From a bacterium (lineage in GTDB: Bacteria; Bacteroidota; Bacteroidia; UKL13-3): a stretch of DNA of 64,000 nucleotides. The stretch spans positions 8,412 through 72,411 of the forward strand of contig JAWXAZ010000121.1 of assembly GCA_034439755.1 (NCBI GenBank), in the 5' to 3' direction. Positions within the stretch are counted from its first letter, which is position 1, and each line of letters begins with the position of its first letter. Made by a program: the position numbers and the translations under genes. The notes under the pieces were generated by a model, which was given only the letters and a program-made list of their open reading frames with translations, was not told the DNA's origin and did no database searches. Of the stretch, positions 29,919 to 40,233 are shown one piece after another.

Positions 29919-30662
29919 ATGAGTCAATCTGCAATATATGGCGTGCACGCCATTAAAGAAGCCTTTACCGCGGGTAAGGAGCTAATAAAAGTAATGGTCC
30001 AAAAAGGCCTACAAAGTCAACAATTGGACGAAATTATGAGCCTTTGTCGCAAAAACGAGGTGCCCATTCAATACGTTCCAAGAGAAAAATTCTATTCTTT
30101 TAAAGATAAAAATCACCAAGGGGTGGTTGGCTACATTTCGCCCATCACCTATTTTAGCATAGAGCAAATTGTGCCGCAATTATTCGAAGAAGGCAAAACA
30201 CCTTTCATTGTGGTTTTAGACAAATTAACCGACGTTAGAAATTTAGGCGCAATTGCCAGAACCGCCCTATGTGCTGGCGCACATGCCATAGTAATACCAC
30301 AAACGGATAGCGCACAAGTAAGTGACGATGCCGTAAAAACCTCGGCAGGCGCCCTTCTCCAAATCCCAGTTTGCAGAGAAAAACACCTTAAAACAGTGGT
30401 AGAATTCCTCAACCAATGCGGATTTACCACCATGGCCTGCACCGAAAAAGCAAAAGAAAATATAGATCAGTTAGACCTAAGCGGCCCCTTGGCCATCATA
30501 ATGGGAAATGAAGAAACAGGAATTAGTGCTGAAGTGCTGAAAAAATGCACCCACTTTGGCAAAATTCCCATGGATTTTGGCTTGGCATCCCTCAATGTTT
30601 CAGTTGCAGCCGGAATTGCCCTTTACGAAAGCATGATTCAAAGAAAATTATCAGGCAGTTAA
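29919..30662 (+). CDS. rlmB: 23S rRNA (guanosine-2'-O)-methyltransferase RlmB (SpoU/TrmH family)
   Basis: N-terminal IYGVHAIKEA (SpoU substrate-binding). SPOUT motifs (VLDKLTDVRNLGAIART…; AIIMGNEETGIS; LNVSVAAGIALYE). Start moved to ATG 29919. Confidence 0.85.
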   Translation: MSQSAIYGVHAIKEAFTAGKELIKVMVQKGLQSQQLDEIMSLCRKNEVPIQYVPREKFYSFKDKNHQGVVGYISPITYFSIEQIVPQLFEEGKTPFIVVLDKLTDVRNLGAIARTALCAGAHAIVIPQTDSAQVSDDAVKTSAGALLQIPVCREKHLKTVVEFLNQCGFTTMACTEKAKENIDQLDLSGPLAIIMGNEETGISAEVLKKCTHFGKIPMDFGLASLNVSVAAGIALYESMIQRKLSGS

Positions 30663-30675
30663 ACCGCTCCCAATA

Positions 30676-31680
30676 TTAACTAAGCATAATTTTCTGCTTC
30701 ACCACATCTATTTTGTCGCGCAATACCCTAAAAAACTGATTGCGCTGCTTCTCTCCTACACCGCTTATTAAGGTAGATTTTCGCAATAAATTATTCAGCC
30801 AAAGCTCGTTCTCATGCACAAATTCTGCACTGGTAGTGCTCATCATATTAAAGGTATTGTTACTCACATAAGCAATTTTGGTTGAACCAATATTTGCCAA
30901 TATACTGTTGTTGCCAATCATTACCTCACTCTTGTATAGTTTAAAGTTTTCGCGGCCCGATTCACCCTTTTCTATTAGCTTACTGCTCTTTGTCGCCTTC
31001 TTTAACACCAAGTTCAGCTCTTCCACAAACAAATCACAAATGCGCAAAGCGTCCTGTTTACTGTTAAAAAATCCCGATTCAAAAAAGTACTCTACCTGCT
31101 TTAAATTGCTGTTTAAAGTGTCTTCGGTCCAAATCTCCACAGAATTAATTTCATTGTAATTTTTCAACATCTCCATGGCACTATCTAACATTTCCTGGTC
31201 TATTAACCGAGGATCAAAATTCACGTCTGCATAATCAGGCGAATTAAGTATCGATTTCAACCAATAAAACAACTTAAAGGCAATCAACTCCGAACTAAAA
31301 AAATGATGCCAAATGGGCACATCGTCTGCCCCATAAATAATTTGATTGTTTATAGAAGAGCCAATCTTTTTAACATCGCTAGAAATGAACATCAACCACA
31401 ATTTAAAATTCTCTTTCTTATCGTCCAACTTCAGATAATCAAAAGTAACCTTGTTACTCATATGCTGAACTTCTGGGTCAAATGACACCCTAAAATGCTT
31501 ACAGATTAAGGTAATTTCTTCTATGTTAAATAAGGTTTCACACCTTATTCTTCTATAAGCACTGTCTGTACTTAACTTTAACAAATCTGCCAATTCATCT
31601 ACAAAAGATACATTAGCTGCCAAGGCCGATTTCACCCGCTGTAGAAACTGCTCTTGTATCAATTTTGATTTCTGTTCCAT
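30676..31680 (-). CDS. Hypothetical protein with N-terminal helix-turn-helix and about 250-aa uncharacterised C-terminal domain
   Basis: HTH-like segment VSFVDELADLLKLSTDSAYRRIR near the N-terminus. Start placed at internal ATG 31680. Confidence 0.4.
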   Translation of the reverse strand: MEQKSKLIQEQFLQRVKSALAANVSFVDELADLLKLSTDSAYRRIRCETLFNIEEITLICKHFRVSFDPEVQHMSNKVTFDYLKLDDKKENFKLWLMFISSDVKKIGSSINNQIIYGADDVPIWHHFFSSELIAFKLFYWLKSILNSPDYADVNFDPRLIDQEMLDSAMEMLKNYNEINSVEIWTEDTLNSNLKQVEYFFESGFFNSKQDALRICDLFVEELNLVLKKATKSSKLIEKGESGRENFKLYKSEVMIGNNSILANIGSTKIAYVSNNTFNMMSTTSAEFVHENELWLNNLLRKSTLISGVGEKQRNQFFRVLRDKIDVVKQKIMLS

Positions 31681-31759
31681 GATAAACTTTCTTGAATTGC
31701 CTTGCAATATTTAAACCAATTAATTGCAAGATACGCAAATTTTTAAAATCAAAGAACGG

Positions 31760-33142
31760 CTATTTCACCGCCATTGCCTTTAACTCAGATTCCTTAATTA
31801 CTTTACCCCATTTAACAATACCCTTTGAATCAAAACAAGTTAAGGTTAATTCGCGCGAGCCCCTTGCAGCGCCAGCAATGCTAATGGTGCAATAATTGTT
31901 CTCCACAACCAAGGTATTGGCCTCTCGCATTGGGTTTTTTGCCTCCAGAGAACTAGCTAAATTGCTAGCACCAGCTGTAAGCGCACTGCAGGTTAAATCG
32001 TACAAAGGATAACCCAATTTAGCCACAACACCCTCATCCTTTAACAACTCCGTGTGGTGCCTATCCCCACTTAAAAAAACCACCCCACTAATTTTTTGGT
32101 CCACTATAAAACGAATAATCTCCGCACGCTCCTTCTTATACAAATTAAACGACTCCTTGTCTGTAACCTCATTCAAAAACTGTCCGCCCACACAAACAAA
32201 TTTAAACGAAGCCCTGCTATGAACAAGTTTGTTTTTTAACCAACTCATTTGCATAGAACCCAACTGCGACTTTGCATCAAACTGCTCCTTTATTTCAGAC
32301 TCATCCCTAAACCAGCGGTCATCCAACATAATAAACTCTGCATCGCTATACCTAAAATTATGGTAAACCCCCTCGTCGTTTTCGCCAGCAGTTTTGTTTC
32401 CCCAATACGCATTAAATAAACTCCGAGCCGTTTGCTTAAACTCAAAATGCTTATTGGCATCATTGTCGCCATAATCGTGGTCGTCCCAAGTGGCATAATT
32501 ATTCCGAACCGCCAACAACGGCTGCAAATTTGGTTCAGACCGAGTGTGTAAATACCGGTACGTCATAGCGCTTTTACTGCTGTAATCTACCTCACGCATA
32601 TAGGTATTATCGCCCATCCAAAGCATAAAATCGGCAGGCGTATTATACATGGCCTTTAAAATTTCTGTGCTGCCGCCGTACGGCTTGCCCGGCCTATCAT
32701 AGGCACTGTCGTTAATGTATAAACAAGACCCCAACATAAAAGTAAAATTAGGCGGAGAGCTGCGCCATTCCCACAAAACCTTGGTCTTAAATTGCAACGG
32801 GTAATTAAAGCGCTGCACCACCGAATCCAATACAATTTGATATTCGTATGTGCTGCCCATTTTTAAGCCACTCAACACAAATTTTTTTATGTTTTCCTGG
32901 CAATATTCTTGACCCCAATTCGCCAAGCGCTCGCTTTTCCAAGCCTCCTTGCTGCCCAACAACCTATACCTTACCTCGGTGCTAGCGTTGCATCTTGTCT
33001 GAACCCAAATTAAGCATTCTGTGTGTTCTGCATACCCCAACATTGGGCCCGCAACTACTTTTCCAACTTGGTTTTTTTGTGCCATTACGGTCTGAACCAA
33101 AGCCATGCTGAAAAATAAAATAAACGATAACTTTCTTTTCAT
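31760..33142 (-). CDS. PhoD-like phosphatase / metallophosphoesterase, secreted
   Basis: Signal peptide. WDDHDYGDND and GDRHHTEL metal-binding motifs. Confidence 0.7.
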   Translation of the reverse strand: MKRKLSFILFFSMALVQTVMAQKNQVGKVVAGPMLGYAEHTECLIWVQTRCNASTEVRYRLLGSKEAWKSERLANWGQEYCQENIKKFVLSGLKMGSTYEYQIVLDSVVQRFNYPLQFKTKVLWEWRSSPPNFTFMLGSCLYINDSAYDRPGKPYGGSTEILKAMYNTPADFMLWMGDNTYMREVDYSSKSAMTYRYLHTRSEPNLQPLLAVRNNYATWDDHDYGDNDANKHFEFKQTARSLFNAYWGNKTAGENDEGVYHNFRYSDAEFIMLDDRWFRDESEIKEQFDAKSQLGSMQMSWLKNKLVHSRASFKFVCVGGQFLNEVTDKESFNLYKKERAEIIRFIVDQKISGVVFLSGDRHHTELLKDEGVVAKLGYPLYDLTCSALTAGASNLASSLEAKNPMREANTLVVENNYCTISIAGAARGSRELTLTCFDSKGIVKWGKVIKESELKAMAVK

Positions 33143-33206
33143 TTGTATGTCAAATGTACAGTTAAAAATAGTTTAGCAAAAATCTTTAATTAGGTTTGCA
33201 CACAAC

Positions 33207-33617
33207 ATGAACCAAAATACAGATAAGCCAGATTCTTACCAAGCATTTATGCTCGATGATGCCACCAAGGGCAAGTGGTACAGAATTGTATTCGATTTAA
33301 AAAAGCAATTTGGCAAGAAGCCAGATATGAACGGAATTCTCTTCCTTATTGGCATGAGAGAATTTGGCCAAATGCGAGAATTTGCCAAAGACGAAAAAAT
33401 GGACCTCATGCACATTGCCACTTGTAAACTACTAAGCTACGAAGGTTATTATAAGCTAGACTTTGTAGACGAAGACGGTTGGCCACACTACCAAATGATC
33501 AAAAACCTGCCCTACGTTGATTTGCTTAGCCAAGAAAACCGACTAAAAAAACTGGTGGTAGATTACTATATAGACAATGAATTGTTCGAAGACGAAGTTC
33601 AAGCAGAAACCGCATAA
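33207..33617 (+). CDS. Hypothetical protein (136 aa)
   Basis: Clean ORF with ATG start and no recognisable motif. Confidence 0.4.
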   Translation: MNQNTDKPDSYQAFMLDDATKGKWYRIVFDLKKQFGKKPDMNGILFLIGMREFGQMREFAKDEKMDLMHIATCKLLSYEGYYKLDFVDEDGWPHYQMIKNLPYVDLLSQENRLKKLVVDYYIDNELFEDEVQAETA

Positions 33618-34795
33618 ACCTCATCCAAAGCAGCCTTTATAATTTCACATGCTAGGTCAATTTCTTCTATGGTAATTGTAAGCGGCGGCGCCATGCGCAA
33701 TCGATTAGAAGCAAACAAAAACCAATCGCTTATGAGGCCTCTGCGCAAGCAAGATTGAACCACCATCAAGGTGTTTTCAAAACTGTCTAACTCCAACGCC
33801 AACATCAATCCTTTGCCAGAAATACTCACAATGGCATTATGCTGCAAATTAGCCCTAAACCTTGCTTCTTTTAGCACAACCTCGTCCATAAAATTCCCGT
33901 CCAAAAGCACTTTTATTCCGGCCAAAGCCGCCGCTGCCACCACCGGGTGACCACCAAAAGTGGTTATATGACCCAAAATGGGCTTGTCTGCCAATAAATC
34001 CATTTTTTCCTTTGCCGAAACTACTGCGCCAATAGGCATTCCTGCGCCCAAAGCTTTGCCCAACAACAAAATATCGGGCACCACACCGTAATGCTCAAAG
34101 GCAAACATTTTCCCTGTTTTACCCATGCCACTTTGTATCTCATCAAAAACCAAAAGGGCACCAATTTCATCGCACTTGGCCCGCAAAGCTTTTAAAAACG
34201 CGTCATTTGCCGCAATATAACCCGCCTCTCCTTGAACCACCTCCGTGATTACACAAGCGGTACCCACTTCTATACGCGTAACATCCTCCAAATTGTTAAA
34301 CTGTATAAAAGAAACGCCCGGCAACAAAGGCCTAAAGGCCTGCTTATAATACTCATCGCTATTTAAACTTAAGGCAGCATGACTACTCCCGTGATAGGCG
34401 TTTTTACACGCTACAAGGCCCCACTTACCCGTAACACGCTTCGCCAATTTTAGCGCCAAATCGGTAGCCTCAGCACCCGAATTTAACAAGTAAACACTGT
34501 TGAGCGAGCTAGGCAGCAAATCACATAAGCGCTGAGCCAATTGCGCCTGGGCAGATTGCACAAACTCGCCATAAACCATCACATGCTGATGCAAATCCAT
34601 TTGGGCAATCATGGCATTTTTAACCGCTTGGTTTCCATGCCCAAGGTGGTTTACACTGATTCCAGAAATTAAATCCAGGTATTTCTTTCCCGTAACATCA
34701 AACAAATAATTCCCCTCGGCCCTAGCAATTTCAAGCATCATCGGAAAATGGGTGGTTTGCGCTTGGTGCATTAAGAAGCTTTGTCTGTTATTCAT
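33599..34795 (-). CDS. Class III pyridoxal-phosphate-dependent aminotransferase (acetylornithine/ornithine aminotransferase-like)
   Basis: DEIQSGMGKTGKMFAFEH (PLP lysine region). GHITTFGGHP. Overall AT-III layout. Confidence 0.75.
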   Translation of the reverse strand: MNNRQSFLMHQAQTTHFPMMLEIARAEGNYLFDVTGKKYLDLISGISVNHLGHGNQAVKNAMIAQMDLHQHVMVYGEFVQSAQAQLAQRLCDLLPSSLNSVYLLNSGAEATDLALKLAKRVTGKWGLVACKNAYHGSSHAALSLNSDEYYKQAFRPLLPGVSFIQFNNLEDVTRIEVGTACVITEVVQGEAGYIAANDAFLKALRAKCDEIGALLVFDEIQSGMGKTGKMFAFEHYGVVPDILLLGKALGAGMPIGAVVSAKEKMDLLADKPILGHITTFGGHPVVAAAALAGIKVLLDGNFMDEVVLKEARFRANLQHNAIVSISGKGLMLALELDSFENTLMVVQSCLRRGLISDWFLFASNRLRMAPPLTITIEEIDLACEIIKAALDEVYAVSA

Positions 34796-34849
34796 CTTTC
34801 GTTTTTTTTCGATTCAAACCAAAATGTTTTTACCGCCACAAAAGTAATA

Positions 34850-35480
34850 CCTCACCAAACCTTATCAAAACCTTAATTCTCTAAACCTCTTTGCAATAAT
34901 TTTACTAAATTTCCTTAATTACAAGTCGTCAAATACCCTTATCAAAACTCAAATTCTTTTTAAACTTATACCGACTATACAAAATATATTGTCCAATTTC
35001 GACAAATATCCATTGTGCTATTATTTTGTTATATGGGCATTTACCATGGTAAATTTATCAAATAGCTTTGGGTTATTTAATAATTGCAATTGGTATTACG
35101 GGTAATTGGTCTGCCAAAATTAAATCCAGAGCCTGAAGGCACGTAGGCATAATAGTCTTAATTCTACCCACTATATTCCACATAGAGCCAATTTTATAGA
35201 AATCTAAGGTAATTGGTTAGCTAAAATTAAACCAATGAAAAAGCCTAAACTGCTATTATCCAATGCCTAATTCCTATAAAAACACCGCAGCGCATTTTTT
35301 GTAAAAATTATCCCAATTTCAAACCACCAACTAACCTCATTAAAGGCCCAATTCTCTTAAAACCTCCTTGCAATAATTTTGCTAAAAATTAACCAATGAA
35401 AAATTGCTAATCAACCTCATCAAAACCCTCATTCTTTATTGACCTTATGCGCAATAGTTTTGTAAAAATTAATTTAAAAA
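34850..35480. repeat. Composite intergenic element. Family-B core (about 34990-35105, contains AATTGCAATT palindrome) is flanked by direct repeats of a roughly 55-bp motif (…CTCATCAAAACC…TTGCAATAATTTTGCTAAAAATT).
   Basis: The core is about 75-80% identical over about 115 bp to 55925-56035. The flank motif occurs at 34856-34912, 34931-34958, 35328-35390 and 35411-35470. Confidence 0.6.
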
Positions 35481-35536
35481 TATCTCCTTCTGCTAAAACA
35501 GAATAGGCCATGTGCTACCTTCGCAGTTCTAAAATT

Positions 35537-37000
35537 ATGATAAATAAACAAAAAATAGCCGTTGCAAATGGCGATGGAATTGGTCCGGAAATTATGGACG
35601 CCGTATTAAAAATTTTCCAAGCTGCCAATGTACCCCTTGAGTATGAAATGATTGACATGGGTAAAGCCTATTACGAGAAAGGTTTTAGCACCGGTATGAC
35701 CCCAGAGGCAAAGGAAAGTGTAGAGTCGCTCGGAATTTTATTTAAAGGTCCAATGGAAACGCCCAAAGGAAAAGGCGTAAAATCAATTAATGTAACTGCC
35801 CGTAAAACTTGGAGCACTTACGCAAACCGCCGCCACTTTAGGTCAATTAGTGGCGTAAACACCGTGTTTTCTAAAGCAGGAATTCCCATAGACCTCACCA
35901 TCGTGAGAGAAAATATTGAAGGCACATACGGCGGCATAGAACACATGCTTACCCAAGATGTTGCCCTTTGCAGAAGGCTTATCACCAGACCCGGCAGCAT
36001 TCAGGTGCATAAATTTGCCTTCGAAATGGCCAAAAAAGAAGGCTTCAAAAAGGTTACATGCGCACACAAAGCCAATATCATGAAGCTAACCGATGGCCTT
36101 TTTCTAGAAACCTTTTACGAGGTGGCTAAAGACTATCCAGAAATTGAAGCCAACGATATTATTGTAGACGATTTGGCCATGAAATTGGTGAGCAAACCAC
36201 AACAATTTGAAGTAGTGGTTTTAACAAACCTACAAGGCGATATCATGAGCGATTTGTGCGCAGGATTAGTGGGTGGTTTAGGCTTTGCCCCATCGGCAAA
36301 TATTGGCGATCAAATTTCAATTTTTGAGGCTGTTCACGGAACCGCGCCCGACATTACGGGTAAAAACCTGGCAAACCCAACTGCGCTTTTATTGAGCAGT
36401 TTTATGATGTTGCGCCATTTAGGACTAATGGACCATGCAGATTCCATTGAAAACGCATTGCTCTTTACCTTAGAAAACGGGCAACATACTGGCGATTTTG
36501 GCGAGAAGTCGAAACCGTCATTAAGCACCACAGAATTTACCCAAGCTATCATTGAAAACCTAGGCAAAAAGCCTACGCAACCAGTAAATCGCAACAGTGC
36601 TATTTCTGCTACCTTTCATTTGCCACAGAAACCGCAACAACAAAAAATGATGCTGGGCAATGCCCGCAAAGAGGAAAAAATTGTGGGTGTAGACCTCTTT
36701 ATTCAATCAGAAAAAACCGGGCTAGAAATTGCTCAGGCCATCCAAAAACACAACACTGCCAATTGCGAGCTACTCATGATTTCGAACAGAGGAACGCAAG
36801 TTTGGCCAACAGGCTCCGTTTTCACAGAATGCGTAGACCAATATAGGGTTCGTTTCGAAACCCAAAATAACAGCCCACTCACCTTAAGCCAAATGCTTAG
36901 ATTAAGCGAAAGTGTAGGCGGCGAATTCTTTGTATCCTCCGTGGAAATCCTTCGCCAGTTCAACGGCAAAGCGGCCTATTCATTGGCACAAGGGCAATAA
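35537..37000 (+). CDS. icd: Isocitrate dehydrogenase (isocitrate/isopropylmalate dehydrogenase family) with C-terminal extension
   Basis: GDGIGPEI. NIMKLTDGLF. NLQGDIMSDL. GLGFAPSANIG…FEAVHGTAPDITGKNLANP. Start moved to ATG 35537. Confidence 0.7.
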   Translation: MINKQKIAVANGDGIGPEIMDAVLKIFQAANVPLEYEMIDMGKAYYEKGFSTGMTPEAKESVESLGILFKGPMETPKGKGVKSINVTARKTWSTYANRRHFRSISGVNTVFSKAGIPIDLTIVRENIEGTYGGIEHMLTQDVALCRRLITRPGSIQVHKFAFEMAKKEGFKKVTCAHKANIMKLTDGLFLETFYEVAKDYPEIEANDIIVDDLAMKLVSKPQQFEVVVLTNLQGDIMSDLCAGLVGGLGFAPSANIGDQISIFEAVHGTAPDITGKNLANPTALLLSSFMMLRHLGLMDHADSIENALLFTLENGQHTGDFGEKSKPSLSTTEFTQAIIENLGKKPTQPVNRNSAISATFHLPQKPQQQKMMLGNARKEEKIVGVDLFIQSEKTGLEIAQAIQKHNTANCELLMISNRGTQVWPTGSVFTECVDQYRVRFETQNNSPLTLSQMLRLSESVGGEFFVSSVEILRQFNGKAAYSLAQGQ

Positions 37001-37003
37001 AAA

Positions 37004-38419
37004 TTATTCAATATAACCAATTTCCACTCCGTCTAAATTTTCGATGGAGCGGAAATTACTTTGTAATTTTCCAAAATCTGCCTCCATTACGGCATCTCTG
37101 CTGCTGTCTTTAAACCAAATCAAGACCTTGCCTTTTAGCACGCCCCGCTTTTCATAATCGCGTTTGGCCTCGCCCAAAAACGGACTATATTGGCATTTTT
37201 TGCCCGTTAACCACCAAACCATATCAGGGAAATTTGACACCAAATCGCCCTCCTGCAAGCGCTGCAAGTGGCCCATGCCTTTGTAAGCCTGCCATTTTGG
37301 GGCGTTAAATCCGCCCGCGCCCGCTATGCGGCAGTGGTATTGTTGTTTCCAAACGCCTACGGTCTGAACCAAAATCATGGCAACAAGCACCCATTTTCCT
37401 TGAGTACCCATGCGTGTCCAATGAAGTAAAAAGAGGGCGGGCAAAAGCATCAAAGGCATCCATAAAATAGACAAATAACGTGGCAATTGTGCCATTGACA
37501 AGTGTTCTTCCAAAAGTAATAACAAGAGAAAACCCAAACCCATAAGTAAAACCAGCAGGTTTACCTTGCGCATTTTCCCATGAAGTATTTTTAGGTTCCA
37601 AAAACCAAAGGCCATGCAAACAAGAAACATCAAAATAGCCGCAAATAATTTATTACCCGAGAGTATGCCCTGCAAGATTGCTTTCGTGTTTTCGCCAAAG
37701 GCCAATAAATTGAGTTTAGAGGCCACTTGATGTTCGCCTAAAGCGTTTGTGCCAAGCAGCGCATTTCGACAAAACCAAAGGCCTGCTAGCATCATTGCTG
37801 GAAGCAAATGCCAAACAAGGTCCCAAGCGCGTCTTTTCTCCAAAAACCAAAACAAGGCAATTCCGGGTAACAAAAACCAACCTACATACCGCTGCAAAAC
37901 CAATAAAGAGAAAAAGACAGCCCCAAACCACAAATCTTTTGGTTTAGCCCGAACCAAAAAAAACAAATATGCCAGGAGAAAAGTAACAGCGCCAGCTTCG
38001 GAAAGGGCAAACAAATAAACGTGTGCAAAGTTAAAGTAACTTCCCGCGCCAAATCCAAAAACCAATAGAAGATGCCACCCACTAAACCACAAACGCAATA
38101 TTTTGACATAGAAAAAAAGACTAAGGTTAAAGAAGGCAAATTGCAAAACCAGCGCAAAACTGAGGGGGTTTAGGCCTAAAAAGTAAGCCGTACTTAATAA
38201 AATAGGGTAAAGAGGTGGGGCATTGAGGTAGGCAAAATTGTCGAATTGAAGAAACCCCTTGCCCTCACTTAAACTTTGGGCTACAGAAAAATAATTTGCC
38301 GAGTCTACGCTTAAACCTATTCCGTACCCCGAAAAGCCTATCCACAAAAGGAAATTCAAGAGTGCGACAATTGCCAGTAGCAGCAAATTCTCTTGGTTAA
38401 TTAGCGTCTTCTTCTCCAT
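37004..38419 (-). CDS. Polytopic membrane protein, GT39/ArnT-like (PMT_2-type) putative glycosyltransferase
   Basis: At least 10 TM helices. Start uncertain. An internal Met at 38419 reduces the overlap with the upstream gene to 19 nt. Confidence 0.4.
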   Translation of the reverse strand: MEKKTLINQENLLLLAIVALLNFLLWIGFSGYGIGLSVDSANYFSVAQSLSEGKGFLQFDNFAYLNAPPLYPILLSTAYFLGLNPLSFALVLQFAFFNLSLFFYVKILRLWFSGWHLLLVFGFGAGSYFNFAHVYLFALSEAGAVTFLLAYLFFLVRAKPKDLWFGAVFFSLLVLQRYVGWFLLPGIALFWFLEKRRAWDLVWHLLPAMMLAGLWFCRNALLGTNALGEHQVASKLNLLAFGENTKAILQGILSGNKLFAAILMFLVCMAFGFWNLKILHGKMRKVNLLVLLMGLGFLLLLLLEEHLSMAQLPRYLSILWMPLMLLPALFLLHWTRMGTQGKWVLVAMILVQTVGVWKQQYHCRIAGAGGFNAPKWQAYKGMGHLQRLQEGDLVSNFPDMVWWLTGKKCQYSPFLGEAKRDYEKRGVLKGKVLIWFKDSSRDAVMEADFGKLQSNFRSIENLDGVEIGYIE

Positions 38420-38925
38420 AATTGGCCCCATATTATCATCATTGCACAAGGAATACCAATCCAAATAAGTTCAGATTTTATGACCGCCAGGCCTTTGCCT
38501 TTAAAGAAACTTACCGCGCTCATGGGCGAAACCTTGATGGGTCGAAATGGGAAAAAATAACGGGAATTCTCGAAAGGAGAAAAAAACGCAACGCCCAAAC
38601 CGCCTGTTGTCATTGCGTCTAGCATAGAATGCGACAAGCACGACATAAAGAGAAATAAAAAGCTTTGCAGGCGTGTATTGGGTTCAAACCGAAATAAAAG
38701 CGCAACAATTAGGCTAATTATAAAAGCAAAGAAAATGGAATGCGAAAAACCACGGTGTCCCCAGAAGGAATTGTAGGGAATGCCGGCGTAAAAACCAATG
38801 GCGTCGAAATCTGGGAGAACAGACAAAAAGACGCCCATGCCTAAAAGGAAGGTATTGGGTTTGCTTATAAATCCTAATTGGCTGAAGCCAAAAGCTGCGG
38901 CTGCATGTCCAAATGCAGAGGCCAT
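38401..38925 (-). CDS. YdjM/DUF457-type membrane-bound metal-dependent hydrolase
   Basis: N-terminal MASAFGHAAAAFGF… and HRGFSHS histidine motifs. Three or four TM segments. Start overlaps the purQ stop. Confidence 0.45.
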   Translation of the reverse strand: MASAFGHAAAAFGFSQLGFISKPNTFLLGMGVFLSVLPDFDAIGFYAGIPYNSFWGHRGFSHSIFFAFIISLIVALLFRFEPNTRLQSFLFLFMSCLSHSMLDAMTTGGLGVAFFSPFENSRYFFPFRPIKVSPMSAVSFFKGKGLAVIKSELIWIGIPCAMMIIWGQLWRRRR

Positions 38926-39620
38926 TATACTGCCAAACTAGCTTTCATTAAACTATCGAACAAGCCTCTGCCATCTGTATTGTAAAGATTGGCATCTATA
39001 ACGCGTTCTGGGTGTGGCATCATGCCAAAAACATTTCTGCCTTTATTGCAAATTCCAGCTATATTTTCTAGCGAACCATTTGGATTGGCAAGCTCATTAT
39101 ACTGGGCATTTTCATCGCAATAGCTAAACAGAATCTGGTCGTTTGCCTTTAAATCTGTTAGGGTTTGCGTATCGCAATAAAAACGGCCTTCGCCATGTGC
39201 TACCGGAATTTTATAGGCCTTTGTTAGGCTCAACTCACTTGTGATATGAGAATTATTGGTTTCGGGTTTGATAAAAACGTTTTTGCAATTAAACTTTTGG
39301 TTCTCGTTGTGCAACAATGCGCCTGGCAACAAATGGCTTTCACAAAGAATTTGAAATCCATTACAAACACCCCAAACCAATCCGCCTTTACTTGCAAACT
39401 CAATTACATTTTGCATGATGGGCGAAAAACGGGCAATGGCACCACTTCTTAAGTAATCGCCGTAACTAAAGCCCCCGGGCAAGAAAACCAAGTCTACGCC
39501 TTGTAAATCGTGGTCTTTGTGCCACAGTGCTACTGTTTCGCAACCAAATTGATTTTGAAATGCATAAATGGCATCTTGATCGCAATTTGAACCTGGGAAA
39601 ATAACTACGCCTACTTTCAT
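38925..39620 (-). CDS. purQ: Phosphoribosylformylglycinamidine synthase subunit PurQ (glutaminase)
   Basis: MKVGVVIFPGSNCDQD. Catalytic GVCNGFQIL. HPER histidine. Confidence 0.85.
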   Translation of the reverse strand: MKVGVVIFPGSNCDQDAIYAFQNQFGCETVALWHKDHDLQGVDLVFLPGGFSYGDYLRSGAIARFSPIMQNVIEFASKGGLVWGVCNGFQILCESHLLPGALLHNENQKFNCKNVFIKPETNNSHITSELSLTKAYKIPVAHGEGRFYCDTQTLTDLKANDQILFSYCDENAQYNELANPNGSLENIAGICNKGRNVFGMMPHPERVIDANLYNTDGRGLFDSLMKASLAV

Positions 39621-39670
39621 GTGCTGGTGATTTTATCTTGCACAAATTTAAGGCGAATAAATCAAATCGC

Positions 39671-40174
39671 CTATTTGATATACAAGAAAAATGCAATCGG
39701 CAGCATTCCTGGGGCTAAAGTATGCTTTGAGCCTGGTGCTTGTTGCACGGCAACGGGCAAGGTTACGTTCAGAGAAACCTCAGAAAAGGTGATTTTACTT
39801 TGCGAAGGCAACAGGGTGATATATTGCTTACATCCACTGCTAAAATTAGGCGATGGGGTGGCAAATATTTTATTTTGAATGGCAGGATCACTTGGTTCAA
39901 CCATAAGGGTAAATGAATTTAACAGGTTTTTCTTGCTGCGGTCGTTCTTATCGTAAATAATTAACCGGGGATTGCCCAAATTGAAGAAAGATTTATCAAT
40001 GGTACCCACTTTCATTAAATCAATGGTTTCGAAGCCGTTCTCCAAAAAATAGCTGAATTTCTGCGCTATTTCTATGTTTCTTGGATTTGGAGTTGGTTGC
40101 TGAGCCAATACCTGGTTGGTATAAAAAGCGGCAAACAGCAACACGATGTTTAAAAGGATTTTCTTCATGTTCAT
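39671..40174 (-). CDS. Hypothetical secreted protein (167 aa)
   Basis: Signal peptide MNMKKILLNIVLLFAAFYTNQVLAQQ. Confidence 0.4.
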   Translation of the reverse strand: MNMKKILLNIVLLFAAFYTNQVLAQQPTPNPRNIEIAQKFSYFLENGFETIDLMKVGTIDKSFFNLGNPRLIIYDKNDRSKKNLLNSFTLMVEPSDPAIQNKIFATPSPNFSSGCKQYITLLPSQSKITFSEVSLNVTLPVAVQQAPGSKHTLAPGMLPIAFFLYIK

Positions 40175-40233
40175 GGTACCTGCAAAATAAGTGCCTTTCT
40201 TTCTAAAAATTATCTTTAATCTTTTTGCAACAT

